DNA of 54,080 nucleotides from positions 1 to 54,080 of the forward strand of contig JBGSJS010000059.1 in the NCBI GenBank assembly GCA_041741735.1. The letters are read 5' to 3'. Positions 18,800 to 28,585 of the stretch are shown piece by piece. The notes under the pieces are model-generated. The model did no database searches and had not been told where the DNA came from. It saw only the letters and a program-made list of their open reading frames with translations. The stretch comes from Desulfomonilaceae bacterium (GTDB lineage Bacteria > Desulfobacterota > Desulfomonilia > Desulfomonilales > Desulfomonilaceae). A program made the translations under genes and the position numbers. Position 1 is the first letter of the stretch, and every line of letters starts with the position of its first letter.

Positions 18800-19265
18800 C
18801 GAGAGGTGTGTGAACAGACGGGGCTGTGCCTCCCATGCGGGCTTTCTTGCCTTCCTGATCTGCGCTAATCGGCGCAATCTGTGGATAGTCTTCTCTGGAT
18901 TCTTCGGAAAGATTTCATCCGCAGATGTCACAGATGTCCACAGATGGAAAGACAATGCGTTTGAAGCCGGGTCGAGAACAGCTACAGTCTACGTGGACTT
19001 TCGCAACACACGTGTAACCACGCATTCGTTCCGGCTTCTTTAATCTGCGTCAATCGGCTCAATCTGTGGATAGTTCTCTCTGGATTTCTCGGAAAGATTT
19101 CATCCGCAGATGTCACAGATGTCCGCAGATGGAAAGACAAGAGCGACTGAAGTCTCCGAAGGGCTTCTAGCGGCCGGCCAGGTCGTTGATGAATCTCCAT
19201 CGCCTGACCGGAGATTCCGCGCGCTATTCTGCCTTTTGAATCCGCGTTGATCTGCGGATTCTTTT
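18800..19265. repeat. Right copy of the ~350-400 bp direct repeat (two hairpin-core units).
   Basis: See 12880-13300. Cores begin near 18846 and 19036, with a degenerate third at ~19225. Confidence 0.85.
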
Positions 19266-19306
19266 CCTTGCTTTCGGAATTGCAGGTGAAGGCTGAGACT
19301 CGCCCC

Positions 19307-19519
19307 TCAGCCGAGCTTGATTTTTCCCGAAAGAAGATTGTCGTAAAATGCACACGACGTTCTGCACTTCGCAATCTTATCGTCGTACGATCCTTGTTTC
19401 TCGCCTCTGCACTCGGTCCCGGTAACTTTATAGCAGTCAAATCCGTGGTCCGGGTACGCGGGGCAGTCTTTTTCTCTCCCGCATTTCAAGAAATCCCAGC
19501 ACTTTCCGCTCTGATTCAT
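19307..19519 (-). CDS. Small Cys-rich protein with a CW...CG...CP motif (hypothetical metal-binding).
   Basis: 70 aa from MNQSGKCWDFLKCGREKDCPAYPDHGFDCYKVTGTECRGEKQGSYDDKIAKCRTSCAFYDNLLSGKIKLG. GGAGGGGGAA SD right before this ATG. Eight Cys. Resembles the CW-type Cys modules seen N-terminal to deltaproteobacterial sensors, but that is recalled from memory and not verified. Confidence 0.5.
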   Translation of the reverse strand: MNQSGKCWDFLKCGREKDCPAYPDHGFDCYKVTGTECRGEKQGSYDDKIAKCRTSCAFYDNLLSGKIKLG

Positions 19520-19767
19520 TTCCCCCTCCTGCATCGGCTTGTTCAGATTTTGTGCCGTCGGTCCCTCAATCCGAAGTCCTGACGGCCAACCTATCTCTCG
19601 ATCCTCCAGGTGTGGAAGGTACCCTACCACAACGGTCGATGCGCCTTCCCCAAGCACCTCGACAAGTTTCCTAGGCTTTCACCACGGGAAGATAACGGGT
19701 AATCCGAGAAATTCTGTACATTATTGTCCACATTTCCTTTCTTTTCGTCAACATAAGTTTTTATAAC

Positions 19768-19980
19768 GGAGCGCTTTGAAAATTGCGGCAAACGGAGAGC
19801 GCCCTGGAGTCATAAGGAAGCCTACGGATAGCCTCCTTCGCTCCACTATCGGGCTGCCATAAGTCTCAAGCAGGCGTCGCTAATCCGGGAAAAAATGCGC
19901 CGATCTTCGGCGACAAGGTTGTCGAAGGCTCATTGGCCTTCAACTCGAACAATGCCGCGTATTCGCGGAACGATAGCACG
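19768..19980 (+). ncRNA. Copy C of the dispersed conserved element, as the 5' leader of the downstream Cys-motif gene.
   Basis: See findings. Confidence 0.45.
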
Positions 19981-20082
19981 TATGACCGTTTCGCTTTCAT
20001 AGCTATTCATCACCCGTTCGTTTTGACTCTTGGCCGTCCGATGATTAGGATTAGACCAGATCAAGCAACGGAGGTGATCGCC

Positions 20083-20442
20083 ATGGTCAATACCACGGAA
20101 GAATTCATTGCCGACTGCGGATGCAATCCCGTTCCGCCGACGGGAGACGGTGACGTGTGCGGAACCTGCGCACCCAAATTGGCTTTGTCGGTGGAGGAAG
20201 AGGCCGTGCTCACGCAGATGAGGGCTCTCAAGGAACGGGTTCGTCCCATTGCCGACAGGATGAAGCAGATCCGGGAGGATCTCGCCGGGTCGGTTGAGGG
20301 AGACCGGACAGTACTGCAAAGCGAGTGGGGTGAGCTATCGGGCCAACTGGACGCCCTGAGAGGCCAGTGGAAAGAATGGGAATTCAAGCTGGACGAGGCC
20401 ATCCACCGAAAGCTCGTTATGCTGGGGCACCGGGAAGCGTGA
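20083..20442 (+). CDS. Hypothetical protein with an N-terminal CGC...CGTC four-Cys motif and a C-terminal coiled coil.
   Basis: MVNTTEEFIADCGCNPVPPTGDGDVCGTCAPK... then a heptad-rich tail. GGAGGTGAT SD 7 nt upstream. The track ORF starts 150 nt earlier, inside the conserved element, and was trimmed. Confidence 0.55.
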   Translation: MVNTTEEFIADCGCNPVPPTGDGDVCGTCAPKLALSVEEEAVLTQMRALKERVRPIADRMKQIREDLAGSVEGDRTVLQSEWGELSGQLDALRGQWKEWEFKLDEAIHRKLVMLGHREA

Positions 20443-20719
20443 ACATATGCGCGTACGGCAGTTTTAAGGCACGTGCGCGGCGGGTTTTGTCTCCGGGCGG
20501 GTGAAGTGCGCGAATCGAAGCGAAGGCCGGGCAAGAAGGGATGGCAGGACGAACGAGGCTTTCTCCCTAGGGATCGCGTTTCATGTCCCGGTTCCTCTTG
20601 TTAAAGAAGTCTTTAATAGCATCGGTGTCTATTAAAACACGGACGCGCCTTTCTTAATAGGGCGGACTCCCTTGCTGGACCATGATTACGTTACGGCTCC
20701 TTATTCTTGCCGATAAGCG

Positions 20720-21559
20720 CTAAGCCACCTTCTCCCTCAGATTACCCAATGCGGCCAGGTGGCCCTTCTCTTCTTCGGCGATCTTAAAGAGCATCTCCTT
20801 GGTTTGGGTGTTGTTCGTCTTTTGCGAAAAGCGGAGGTACAAGTCCAGAGCCTGGGTCTCCAGCATCATTGAGATGTCGAGCAGGCTGCCGACCGAGTGG
20901 AGGTACCTCTCGTTGCGCTGCATGAATTCGTCGCTGCGGAAACCGCCTTCCATCACTTTGGCCGAGACCTGGGCCTCAAACTCCTCGGGAGCGATCTCTC
21001 CGGGCCCGATGGAGCGATACAGCTCCAAGAGATACTGTTTGTGCTTGTCCTCGATGGATGCCAACTTCTCCAGAAGACTCGCGAGCTCCCCTGCCTCGGT
21101 GTCGGCCAGGACGGCCCGATAGAAATCTCCCAAACTCTGTTCCATTCCGTAAGCCAGCTTGATGATTCCCACGGGCGTCTCGTCGGCCCTGACGAGGTCG
21201 AGGTTCAATGCAACAGGTCCTTCGGCTACGCCGCTATCCCAGGCCTTGATTCCCCCGCTCAAATTGTAGACCTTCTTGAATCCTTGGCCGGCAAGCAATT
21301 GAGCCGCAACTCGGCTCCTGCCGCCCACGGCTCAGTAGACGATTACCGGTTTGTCCGGGTCAATTTTGTCGTAGGAATCGGTCAATTGCGGCAGGGGTAT
21401 CAGTTGGGCGCCGGGAATATGCTCCCCTTCATACTCGGAGGGCTGTCGCACGTCGAGGAGGGTGTAGGAGCCTTCCGGGTTGTCTTTCATGAAGGCCCGG
21501 GCTTGGTCCGCGTCGATGGACTCCACCGGAGTAAAGAGCTTTTTCAGCGAATCGAACAT
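20720..21559 (-). CDS. Selenoprotein: rhodanese (sulfurtransferase) domain with Sec (UGA at 21332-21334) at the catalytic Cys position, fused to a C-terminal rubrerythrin/ferritin-like domain.
   Basis: The track splits this into 21332-21559 and 20720-21328, which are in the same frame and separated only by TGA. Read-through gives ...LLDVRQPSEYEGEHIPGAQLIPL...DKPVIVY-U-AVGGRSRVAAQLLAGQGFKKVYNLSGGIKAW, the rhodanese active-site loop C-X2-G-X-R, with U in place of C. A hairpin GAGCCG-AGUUG-CGGCUC (21301-21317) starts 15 nt after the UGA (SECIS-like). The C-terminal half has ferritin-like E..H motifs (EEEKGHLAAL). Confidence 0.75.
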
Positions 21560-21621
21560 GTCTCTTCTCCTTGTGAATGGGATTTAGAACGTTGCAGGGA
21601 CTGCTCCCCAAGATGCGCCCG

Positions 21622-23139
21622 TCATTTTGCGGCCCATTTCTTCACCGGACCCGCGGCCACGAGATACAGGAGCCGGCTCGCGTCGTTGAGCCCGAGGAGG
21701 CGTGCCGCCTCATCGTCGTAGAATGCGCCGATCCCGCAACATCCCAGACGCATGGCCGTGGCCGCCACGTAAAGCCTTTGGCCCAGGCGTCCAGCGGCCA
21801 GCATGGCATGACGGTATCCGCGTGGACCCCGGTTGGACTCCAGGAGCTCCATATTGGTCAAGAAAAGAAAATGCACGGCGCAGTTGGCCAGCCAAGCCTG
21901 ATCCAAACAAATGTGCATCATGTCGCCGATGACGGACTTGTGAAACACGGTCGAGACCGTCTTCCTTTCCCTGTTCAGGAGATAGAAGCCGGGCTCCAAA
22001 CCCTCGACCTTCCCTGCAAGAAACCCTACCGCAACGGCGTCGTTTCCGGGAAATAGCGCTGCCGACCCCGAGCCGCCGTCCGAGGAGAGCACGGTGAGCA
22101 GCGCGGACAGGCAGTCGGCGGACAGGGCGTCCTGCACGAAATTCCTCATGGAACGCCTCTTGAAAACGGCTTCAGCGTACCCAAGAGACTCGGGCCATGG
22201 TTCCGGGGAAAATATCTTTCGTTCGTCGTGAGACACAACACCGAGGCTTGCAGCCATGGACGCCCCAGTCCTGCTATGCTCCACCACCCTGGACGTTGCG
22301 GCATGAACCTCCAATATGGGAGGGTACTCAATCTCTCTTGGGGAGACTCGGCTCGCTTCCGCCAGCCCCTCAACAGGATCTCCCAGGCTCGCGTCGCCCA
22401 CGTCCGACTCGTCGGCGGGTGTCCAAACGGCCACAGCGGCAAGACAAACCTCACGGGAAGGGTCCACCCCCATGAGGGAATTAACGGCTTGGTCGTCGAA
22501 ATCGTAGAAGAAACGATGGGCCAACCGCTCCGATCTCAGAGCCGGCCCAAGGTTTTCCGCCAAATGTCCCGTGTCCAGCAGATGGTAACGGTATGCCCGA
22601 TCCCGGTACTTCCATGAGCTTCGAAAGAAAATCGACGTGAGGAGAAAGATCAGGGCAGGGGGAGAGGAAGGGGCCGGGGAGAGCATCGGAGCAAGTGCTC
22701 CCATAACATTACCCTCTCGAATGAGGGTAATGGATTGGTCGGCAACGTCTTGATGGTAGAGACCGGGGGCGATTCCCTGCACGTCGAGGATCGATGCGTA
22801 CAGCTCGAACGGGTACAGGGCACCCGCCGACGCTACACTCCGATAGTAGAAATCCGCACCACCGTGTCGTGCTTTGGCGGTCAACGCATGGGCGAGCAAC
22901 ACAATGCGACCGAGCCGGTCCGCGTCAAGCGATCCCTGGGCATCAACTGAAGCCTCGCCCGTGAAGAGATCCGACAGTCGTTTCTCCTGCAGCGCCGGTT
23001 CTCGGGAAAGTGGAACGTTCCTGATGCCGGGGCATTTCTTGAAGACGTTCGGCTGATTCGACCAGTCCATAAAATGCCCGCCCATATCCTGCCGACGGTA
23101 GCTGGTCAGGTCGTGATAATCCCGAGCGGACTCCATCAT
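21622..23139 (-). CDS. SagB-type dehydrogenase / tandem nitroreductase-like domain protein.
   Basis: 505 aa. Two nitroreductase-fold halves (...RRSMRNF...ALSADCLSALLTV...; ...AGALYPFELY...) typical of the SagB/ThcOx family. AGGAG SD before ATGATG. Confidence 0.7.
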   Translation of the reverse strand: MMESARDYHDLTSYRRQDMGGHFMDWSNQPNVFKKCPGIRNVPLSREPALQEKRLSDLFTGEASVDAQGSLDADRLGRIVLLAHALTAKARHGGADFYYRSVASAGALYPFELYASILDVQGIAPGLYHQDVADQSITLIREGNVMGALAPMLSPAPSSPPALIFLLTSIFFRSSWKYRDRAYRYHLLDTGHLAENLGPALRSERLAHRFFYDFDDQAVNSLMGVDPSREVCLAAVAVWTPADESDVGDASLGDPVEGLAEASRVSPREIEYPPILEVHAATSRVVEHSRTGASMAASLGVVSHDERKIFSPEPWPESLGYAEAVFKRRSMRNFVQDALSADCLSALLTVLSSDGGSGSAALFPGNDAVAVGFLAGKVEGLEPGFYLLNRERKTVSTVFHKSVIGDMMHICLDQAWLANCAVHFLFLTNMELLESNRGPRGYRHAMLAAGRLGQRLYVAATAMRLGCCGIGAFYDDEAARLLGLNDASRLLYLVAAGPVKKWAAK

Positions 23140-23181
23140 GATAGCGCTCCTCGCCTTCGGTGCAGCGACATTGAACGGTTG

Positions 23182-23691
23182 TCATCCTCCCCAAGGCATA
23201 TTCGCGTACACTTCCGACAATCGGTCGCGATAGTCCCGGAAGAACTGTTCGTGCTGCTTTTCCCAGTCAGCCAGCATCTTGAGGGCCTGTGAGGCCTTGC
23301 CTTCGGTCTGTTCCGACATCTTTCCGTAAAATTCGCTCAAATCCTTCTCAATGAGCCATGCGGTATTGAAGACGGTCACGTCCGGCACCATCGAGCCTTC
23401 GACGCACTTCTCAAGAAACTCGGATTTGGCTCGTTGGTCGAAGTAGTCCGTCGGCGGGAGGGCGACTTCCCGGGCTCTCGCCAGATCGATCTCTGCATCT
23501 TGCTTGAGGTCGGCGAGAATCAAGGAGATGAACTCGATATGTTTCTCCTCCTCCTGTATCAGGCGTCGCAACGCGGTTACCGCCGCGCCGATCCCCATGC
23601 TTTCAAGAGAAGTCCGGAAGAAGTTCATACCGGTCTTCTCCTGATTCAGGGCGTACTCGAAAATCTTAATCAGCCTTTTGTTATCACCCAT
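23182..23691 (-). CDS. Rubrerythrin-like ferritin-like domain protein (no rubredoxin domain).
   Basis: 169 aa with E..H diiron-type motifs (LIQEEEKHIEFISLIL; LIEKDLSEFYGKM...ADWEKQHEQFF). Paralogous to the C-terminal domain of the Sec-rhodanese fusion. Confidence 0.65.
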   Translation of the reverse strand: MGDNKRLIKIFEYALNQEKTGMNFFRTSLESMGIGAAVTALRRLIQEEEKHIEFISLILADLKQDAEIDLARAREVALPPTDYFDQRAKSEFLEKCVEGSMVPDVTVFNTAWLIEKDLSEFYGKMSEQTEGKASQALKMLADWEKQHEQFFRDYRDRLSEVYANMPWGG

Positions 23692-24915
23692 ATCCGATTC
23701 CTCCTCCGATCTTTGGTTAAAGGTAACCTCTCCGGCAACTCGAGTGACATCATAGCAGTTCGGGAGACCGGAAGTAACGTCAAAGCGCGTTGAGACGGTG
23801 TAACTGCGGATCGAAACCGTTCCTGTTCCGGCCGATTACATTCCCCATTCAAGAGCCGCGCATGATTTGATTTCGGCCACCCCTCCGCATGAGCGATCCA
23901 TGACGCGCCTCCCTTGGCTGCTCATTACCGGAACATCAGAGCAAGCCCTCACAAACCACACCTTTAGTGGAAAAGAGTATAGTGGCTCGGACGCTGCGAG
24001 GCAAGTAGCAGAATGAAAGGATATATAACGAGTGTGAAGGGGCCTATAAGCGAGGGCACGATAGGAAGTCAAAAGGAGGCCGATTGTTGGCGGTGGACTC
24101 GGCCCGACCCCGAAGTTCCATCAATCAAGCAAGAATTCCGGGAATCAGGTTCATGTCGACGTAAGGCTGACCTTATAATTTAGTATCGGGAGTCGTCTTC
24201 ACCATTTCAGCATCAAGTTGGCCAGCCGACGGTAAATTACTTCCTGAGCAATACTGTCGACTCATTCCTCTTCCGGGCCGACGAATCGGATCCGGGGTCG
24301 GGTCCAGTCCGCCGATCGTCTCAAACGATCGGCCTCCTCTCAGGTAAGTTACGACAGGTCATCTCCCGGTTGGTTTCATGCTCTTCGAAAGATTTTTTCG
24401 GCCTTCGGGCAATTTTCCACGATCTCAGTACGTTATGCACTTTATTTTTTTGTGATAAAGTCGTCTATTTCCTCCGAGCGGTCAAGTAAGGGATGTTGTT
24501 GTGATATGGGGAAGAGGCCTTTCCCGCTCCCCGGAAAAGATTACCCAACAGGAGCGGGAACACAGTCCAGCAGCGGCCGGTTTTCTTCCTTACCCATTCC
24601 CCATAGGCACGGTAAACATGTGAACAACGTGTTCTACGGGAAACCCGCGAGAACTCCCTCCGCAGTCACTCTCTCAAAGGGCTCCGAGAGTCCTTAGCTC
24701 ACGATTGCGCATTTTTGGCCCCGGCGGCATTCCCGAGGCATCATCTATTAACGATCGAACGCTCTCTCCGTCATTCCTACGGAGGCAGGAATCCAGGCTG
24801 TTCCGAACACCTGGACCCCGGCCTTCGCTCGGGGTGACGACCCGGGACCATGAGGGGTCATCTTGAAATCGACTGCCTTATTCAACCGTATTTCAGAAAT
24901 GGAATACTTACAGTC

Positions 24916-26433
24916 TCATCCGTCGGTCTTCTTTGTCTCACCTGAAGAAGATTTTGCGAGAGACTCTTTCTCGTGGGGCACGGCCCTGCCGAGGTATTCG
25001 GGAAGCTCCAGGCCGACCATCTTGGCCAATTCGTGCATGGGAGGAAGAACCGACATGAGCCGGCCGCCGAGATTGGACATGCCGCCGCTGCCTCCGCCGT
25101 CCCATACCACGATCTTTTCGATGGGGAGATTCCTCACCGCATCGGCCTGAACCCTGGCCACTTCCATCATCTTCTCGATGAGCAGAAGGGCCGCGGTCAT
25201 GGAGGTCTCGCCGCCGCAGGCTTCCACGAGGGCACGGTAACCTTGTGCCTTACCGTCCAGGATGGCCTGCAAGCCTTTACCTTCCGCCTGCATCTTCACC
25301 AGATTGCCTTCCGCCTCACCCTGGGCCACGAGCACGCGCTTCTGTCGTTCGGCATCCGCCTCGACCACGGCTTTCTGTTTGGCCGCCTCAGCGGGAACAA
25401 CCACCTCCGCGTTGAGCCGAGCCTGCTCACGCCGGCTCTTGGCCTCTTCCGCCGCCTTTTGCGCTTCCTCCTGGGCAACCCGAATGGTTCCGTCCGCTTT
25501 CATGGCAGCAGTCTGGCTCTTGGCCCTTGCTTCTTCTTCAGCGACTTTCTGGCCTGCCTGAAAACCGGCCTTCCTCGCGTTGGCCCCGGTTTCGGTTTCC
25601 ACTGCCTGGGCGTCCAACAGGGAAACCTGTTGCCGCTGGTCACGTTGCGCGGTGGCTTCACCAACGGAAGCGTCGGCATTGGCTGCGGCAATTGACTTCC
25701 TCTTTTCCCGTTCAGCCTCCGCTTCTCCCACGGAAGCCTCGGCATTGGCCGAGGCCACGGCGCGCCTCTGGTCCCGTTCCCTCTGGGCCACACCTATTCT
25801 TCCGAGCTTCTCCTGTTCCGCAACGTCCACCAGCGCCTGGTTAATGGCCTCAGCAGCGGCTTTCTTGCCCAGGGCTTTGATGTACCCGCTTTCATCTTCA
25901 ATGTCCTTGATGTTGACGTTGATGACCGCGAGGCCGATCTTCTCCAATTCAACGGACACGGCCTCGTTCACTTTGGCCATGAACGCCTGACGGTCCTGGT
26001 TGATCTCCTCGATCCGCATTGTGGCAATAACGGCTCTCATTTGCCCGAGGATGATATCTTGAGCCTGCTTCTTAACATCGTCCATACTCTGGCCGAGAAG
26101 CCTGACCGCAGCGTTCTCCATAATCCCGCTCTCGGTGCTGATCGCAGCAGTCACCGTGGTGGGAACGGAGACCCGGATGTTCTCCTGAGACAGGGCGCTT
26201 GCAAGCTCTATGGGAACGACGAACGGCTCAAGATTCAGCCAATCGTACGATTGAAATACGGGCCACACGAATGCGGCACCGCCATGAACACACTTGGCCG
26301 CACCCTGACCCGTTTTGCCGTACACAACAAGAATCTGGTTGGACGGGCAGCGTTTGTACCTCCCCACAAAAAAACAGACGACCGCTATAAGCATCACCGC
26401 AAGCACGGCCGTCAAGATAAGCCATGTCAACAT
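24916..26433 (-). CDS. Flotillin-family SPFH/band-7 protein (FloT/YqiK-like).
   Basis: 505 aa. N-terminal TM helix, SPFH domain, then a long Ala/Glu/Gln-rich coiled coil (EAEAEREKRK...AQRDQRQQ...) and a Gly-rich C-terminus. Confidence 0.9.
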   Translation of the reverse strand: MLTWLILTAVLAVMLIAVVCFFVGRYKRCPSNQILVVYGKTGQGAAKCVHGGAAFVWPVFQSYDWLNLEPFVVPIELASALSQENIRVSVPTTVTAAISTESGIMENAAVRLLGQSMDDVKKQAQDIILGQMRAVIATMRIEEINQDRQAFMAKVNEAVSVELEKIGLAVINVNIKDIEDESGYIKALGKKAAAEAINQALVDVAEQEKLGRIGVAQRERDQRRAVASANAEASVGEAEAEREKRKSIAAANADASVGEATAQRDQRQQVSLLDAQAVETETGANARKAGFQAGQKVAEEEARAKSQTAAMKADGTIRVAQEEAQKAAEEAKSRREQARLNAEVVVPAEAAKQKAVVEADAERQKRVLVAQGEAEGNLVKMQAEGKGLQAILDGKAQGYRALVEACGGETSMTAALLLIEKMMEVARVQADAVRNLPIEKIVVWDGGGSGGMSNLGGRLMSVLPPMHELAKMVGLELPEYLGRAVPHEKESLAKSSSGETKKTDG

Positions 26434-26434
26434 G

Positions 26435-27061
26435 TCATACCCCCTCTTGATTCTCCATCGGAACTACTTCAACAGTTCTGTTATCCACAATGCCGACAAC
26501 TCTAACCTTGGTCCCGGCCACCAAAGGGCCCCGGTCCGCTGAGCGCGCATCGACGAAGCTAACGGTGCCGCTCACTTTGACCCGGATCTTGCCGAGTCCC
26601 CCTTCAGGCACGTTCATGTACACCGACCCCTCTTCACCCACGGCAGTCCATATGGACGCGTTGCCGATCTCCTGGAGCTGCACGAGCTTGAACACGAGGT
26701 ACGACACGCCAAACATGGCCGCCAGCCCCCAGGCGAAGCTGTACGCCAGAGCGAGAGCCGTCTCGATGCCTGAGGTCAGATAGAGAGTCCCCGCCCAGGT
26801 GAATAGGGTCGCAAAGGCAATTGCCGATCGTATAGAGACAAGAGAGAAGGATGCTCCTGCGCCATTTGCTCGCGTCTCGTGATCTCCCCCATCCTGATCG
26901 TGACCCATATCGGACTGATCGTGGGCTGTATCGGCCTGATGATGGCTGTCCAGTCCGAGAAACATGCCGACGATTTGCCAAAGAAAAAGCACTCCGAAGA
27001 AAAGCGCGCCCACTGCGAAGGCCTTGTTGAGGGCGCTTATCCCCTCCCACCAGGCTTCCAT
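26435..27061 (-). CDS. NfeD/YqiJ-like membrane protein (flotillin partner) with a His/Asp-rich loop and a C-terminal OB-fold.
   Basis: Multi-TM N-terminus, HHQADTAHDQSDMGHDQDGGDHE loop, and a C-terminal VKVSGTVSFVDA...VVGIVDNRTVEV OB-fold (NfeD-like). Immediately upstream of and adjacent to flotillin. Confidence 0.75.
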   Translation of the reverse strand: MEAWWEGISALNKAFAVGALFFGVLFLWQIVGMFLGLDSHHQADTAHDQSDMGHDQDGGDHETRANGAGASFSLVSIRSAIAFATLFTWAGTLYLTSGIETALALAYSFAWGLAAMFGVSYLVFKLVQLQEIGNASIWTAVGEEGSVYMNVPEGGLGKIRVKVSGTVSFVDARSADRGPLVAGTKVRVVGIVDNRTVEVVPMENQEGV

Positions 27062-27316
27062 TGCATTTCTCCCTCTGTTACTGCCTGTCCGTTCAAGGTG
27101 TGTGCATTGATTCCCGTGGACTCCCGGGATACGTATCCCTAATTCATCATACTACATTACGGTGCGTCGGGAAAGCGTCTGCTCGAAACGTTGATGCCCC
27201 ATTGCGAAGTGAAAAGGTTCCGGAAGCCCGGTACATCCTATGCCTACACGGAAAAGCCCCCCCTGAAGTTCGCGTCTAGATCTGCCGATCCACCTTAAGA
27301 AAGCCCGAGTCCCCTT

Positions 27317-28384
27317 CTATTTGAGGGTGATGGCCTTCTCGGGACAGATCTCCTGACAGCAAAAGCAGGTGATGCATGTGTCGGCATCGACCTCGGGGAC
27401 CTGCTCGCCCATCGACAGAGCCGATACGGGGCACTGATCCACGCAGGTGCCGCAACTCGTGCACAGATCCGGGTCCGCTTGAGGTCGAACAAGGGTCCTG
27501 CCGTGAATCATCTCCTGAATAGCTGAATTTTCGAAAATCGCCTCGCCGCCCAAGGGAGGAAGCTTGAAATCGGGAAGTGGTTTCAATTCTCCCACGATAT
27601 CGATCCCGTCGAGGTCGTAATCTCCCAATCCCAGCTCTTTTGCCCGCTGCAGGAATCGCAGGCGTCCGGGATCGCACCCCATCATGACGGCTATGACTGA
27701 ATCAAGCGCTACGGCATTGTCGGAAGCCAAAATCAGGCCGATGTCTCTGAGATCCGGGGAAGCCGGACCGTTGCCCTCCATGCCCACAATGGCGTCTATC
27801 AGAAAGAAGTCGGGCACCCGGAGCCGAAACACGTCCACCACGGCCTCATGGAATCGAGCAGGACCTCCGGCGGCTTTGTGGAGCTGGGCCTTCTGAGCAC
27901 CGGGTAAGAAGCCGTAACTGTTCTTGATCGCTCCGGTTACCACGGTCAAACCGTGTGTCTTGAATTTGGGTAGACTGATGATGACATCCGCTTCCAGCAC
28001 TATATTGGAGATGCTCACCGTGGGAAGGAAATCAGGATTGAAAGCAACTTGTTGCGATTCGTTTCCGATGTTTCGGTAGTACCCTTTGGCAGCGTCCATA
28101 AGGCCTGTTACCCTGAAACTCTCCTCGTTGGCGCCATAGCTCATAAGACCCGGATTGTCCCCCACGACAATTGAGGAGGGTCCCATGGTCTCCACCTTCT
28201 CAACCACAGCGCGGAGGACGGCAGGGTTCGTGACTATGCCTTCGTCCCGGTCCGATCCCCTCAGGACGTTGGGTTTTATCAAAACGCTCTTCCCCTGCAA
28301 TTCCGGGGGAAAAAGCTCGAAAGCTCGGTCGACCGCTTCACGAACGTTGTCATAAGTAGAAGGATGAATCATTACCTTTGGCAT
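27317..28384 (-). CDS. DUF362 domain protein fused to a 2x[4Fe-4S] ferredoxin domain.
   Basis: 355 aa. DUF362-like N-terminal region, then C-terminal CTSCGTCVDQCP and CITCFCCQEICP ferredoxin motifs. Confidence 0.75.
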   Translation of the reverse strand: MPKVMIHPSTYDNVREAVDRAFELFPPELQGKSVLIKPNVLRGSDRDEGIVTNPAVLRAVVEKVETMGPSSIVVGDNPGLMSYGANEESFRVTGLMDAAKGYYRNIGNESQQVAFNPDFLPTVSISNIVLEADVIISLPKFKTHGLTVVTGAIKNSYGFLPGAQKAQLHKAAGGPARFHEAVVDVFRLRVPDFFLIDAIVGMEGNGPASPDLRDIGLILASDNAVALDSVIAVMMGCDPGRLRFLQRAKELGLGDYDLDGIDIVGELKPLPDFKLPPLGGEAIFENSAIQEMIHGRTLVRPQADPDLCTSCGTCVDQCPVSALSMGEQVPEVDADTCITCFCCQEICPEKAITLK

Positions 28385-28585
28385 GGTCTACACCTCTCAT
28401 CATAAAGTAAAAAACAGGTCGCTTCGTTGTGTGTGCCCTCCGGCCCGGATCGTCGATAGCATTTGCCGGGGACAAGGCTTCCCCAGGGCAACTCTTCAAT
28501 TGTGCTGCAACAGGATTCTATTTTCAAGCCGAGGAACCGGCGGGTAATGTACTCAGGTAAGGTGGACAAATCATTCCGCATCGGC

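Noticed and set aside
23140-23184. In-frame TGA between the rubrerythrin-like gene and the SagB-like gene
   Set aside because: Fourteen non-conserved codons plus an AGGAG SD separate the two. The rubrerythrin-like protein ends naturally, so this is not a Sec site.
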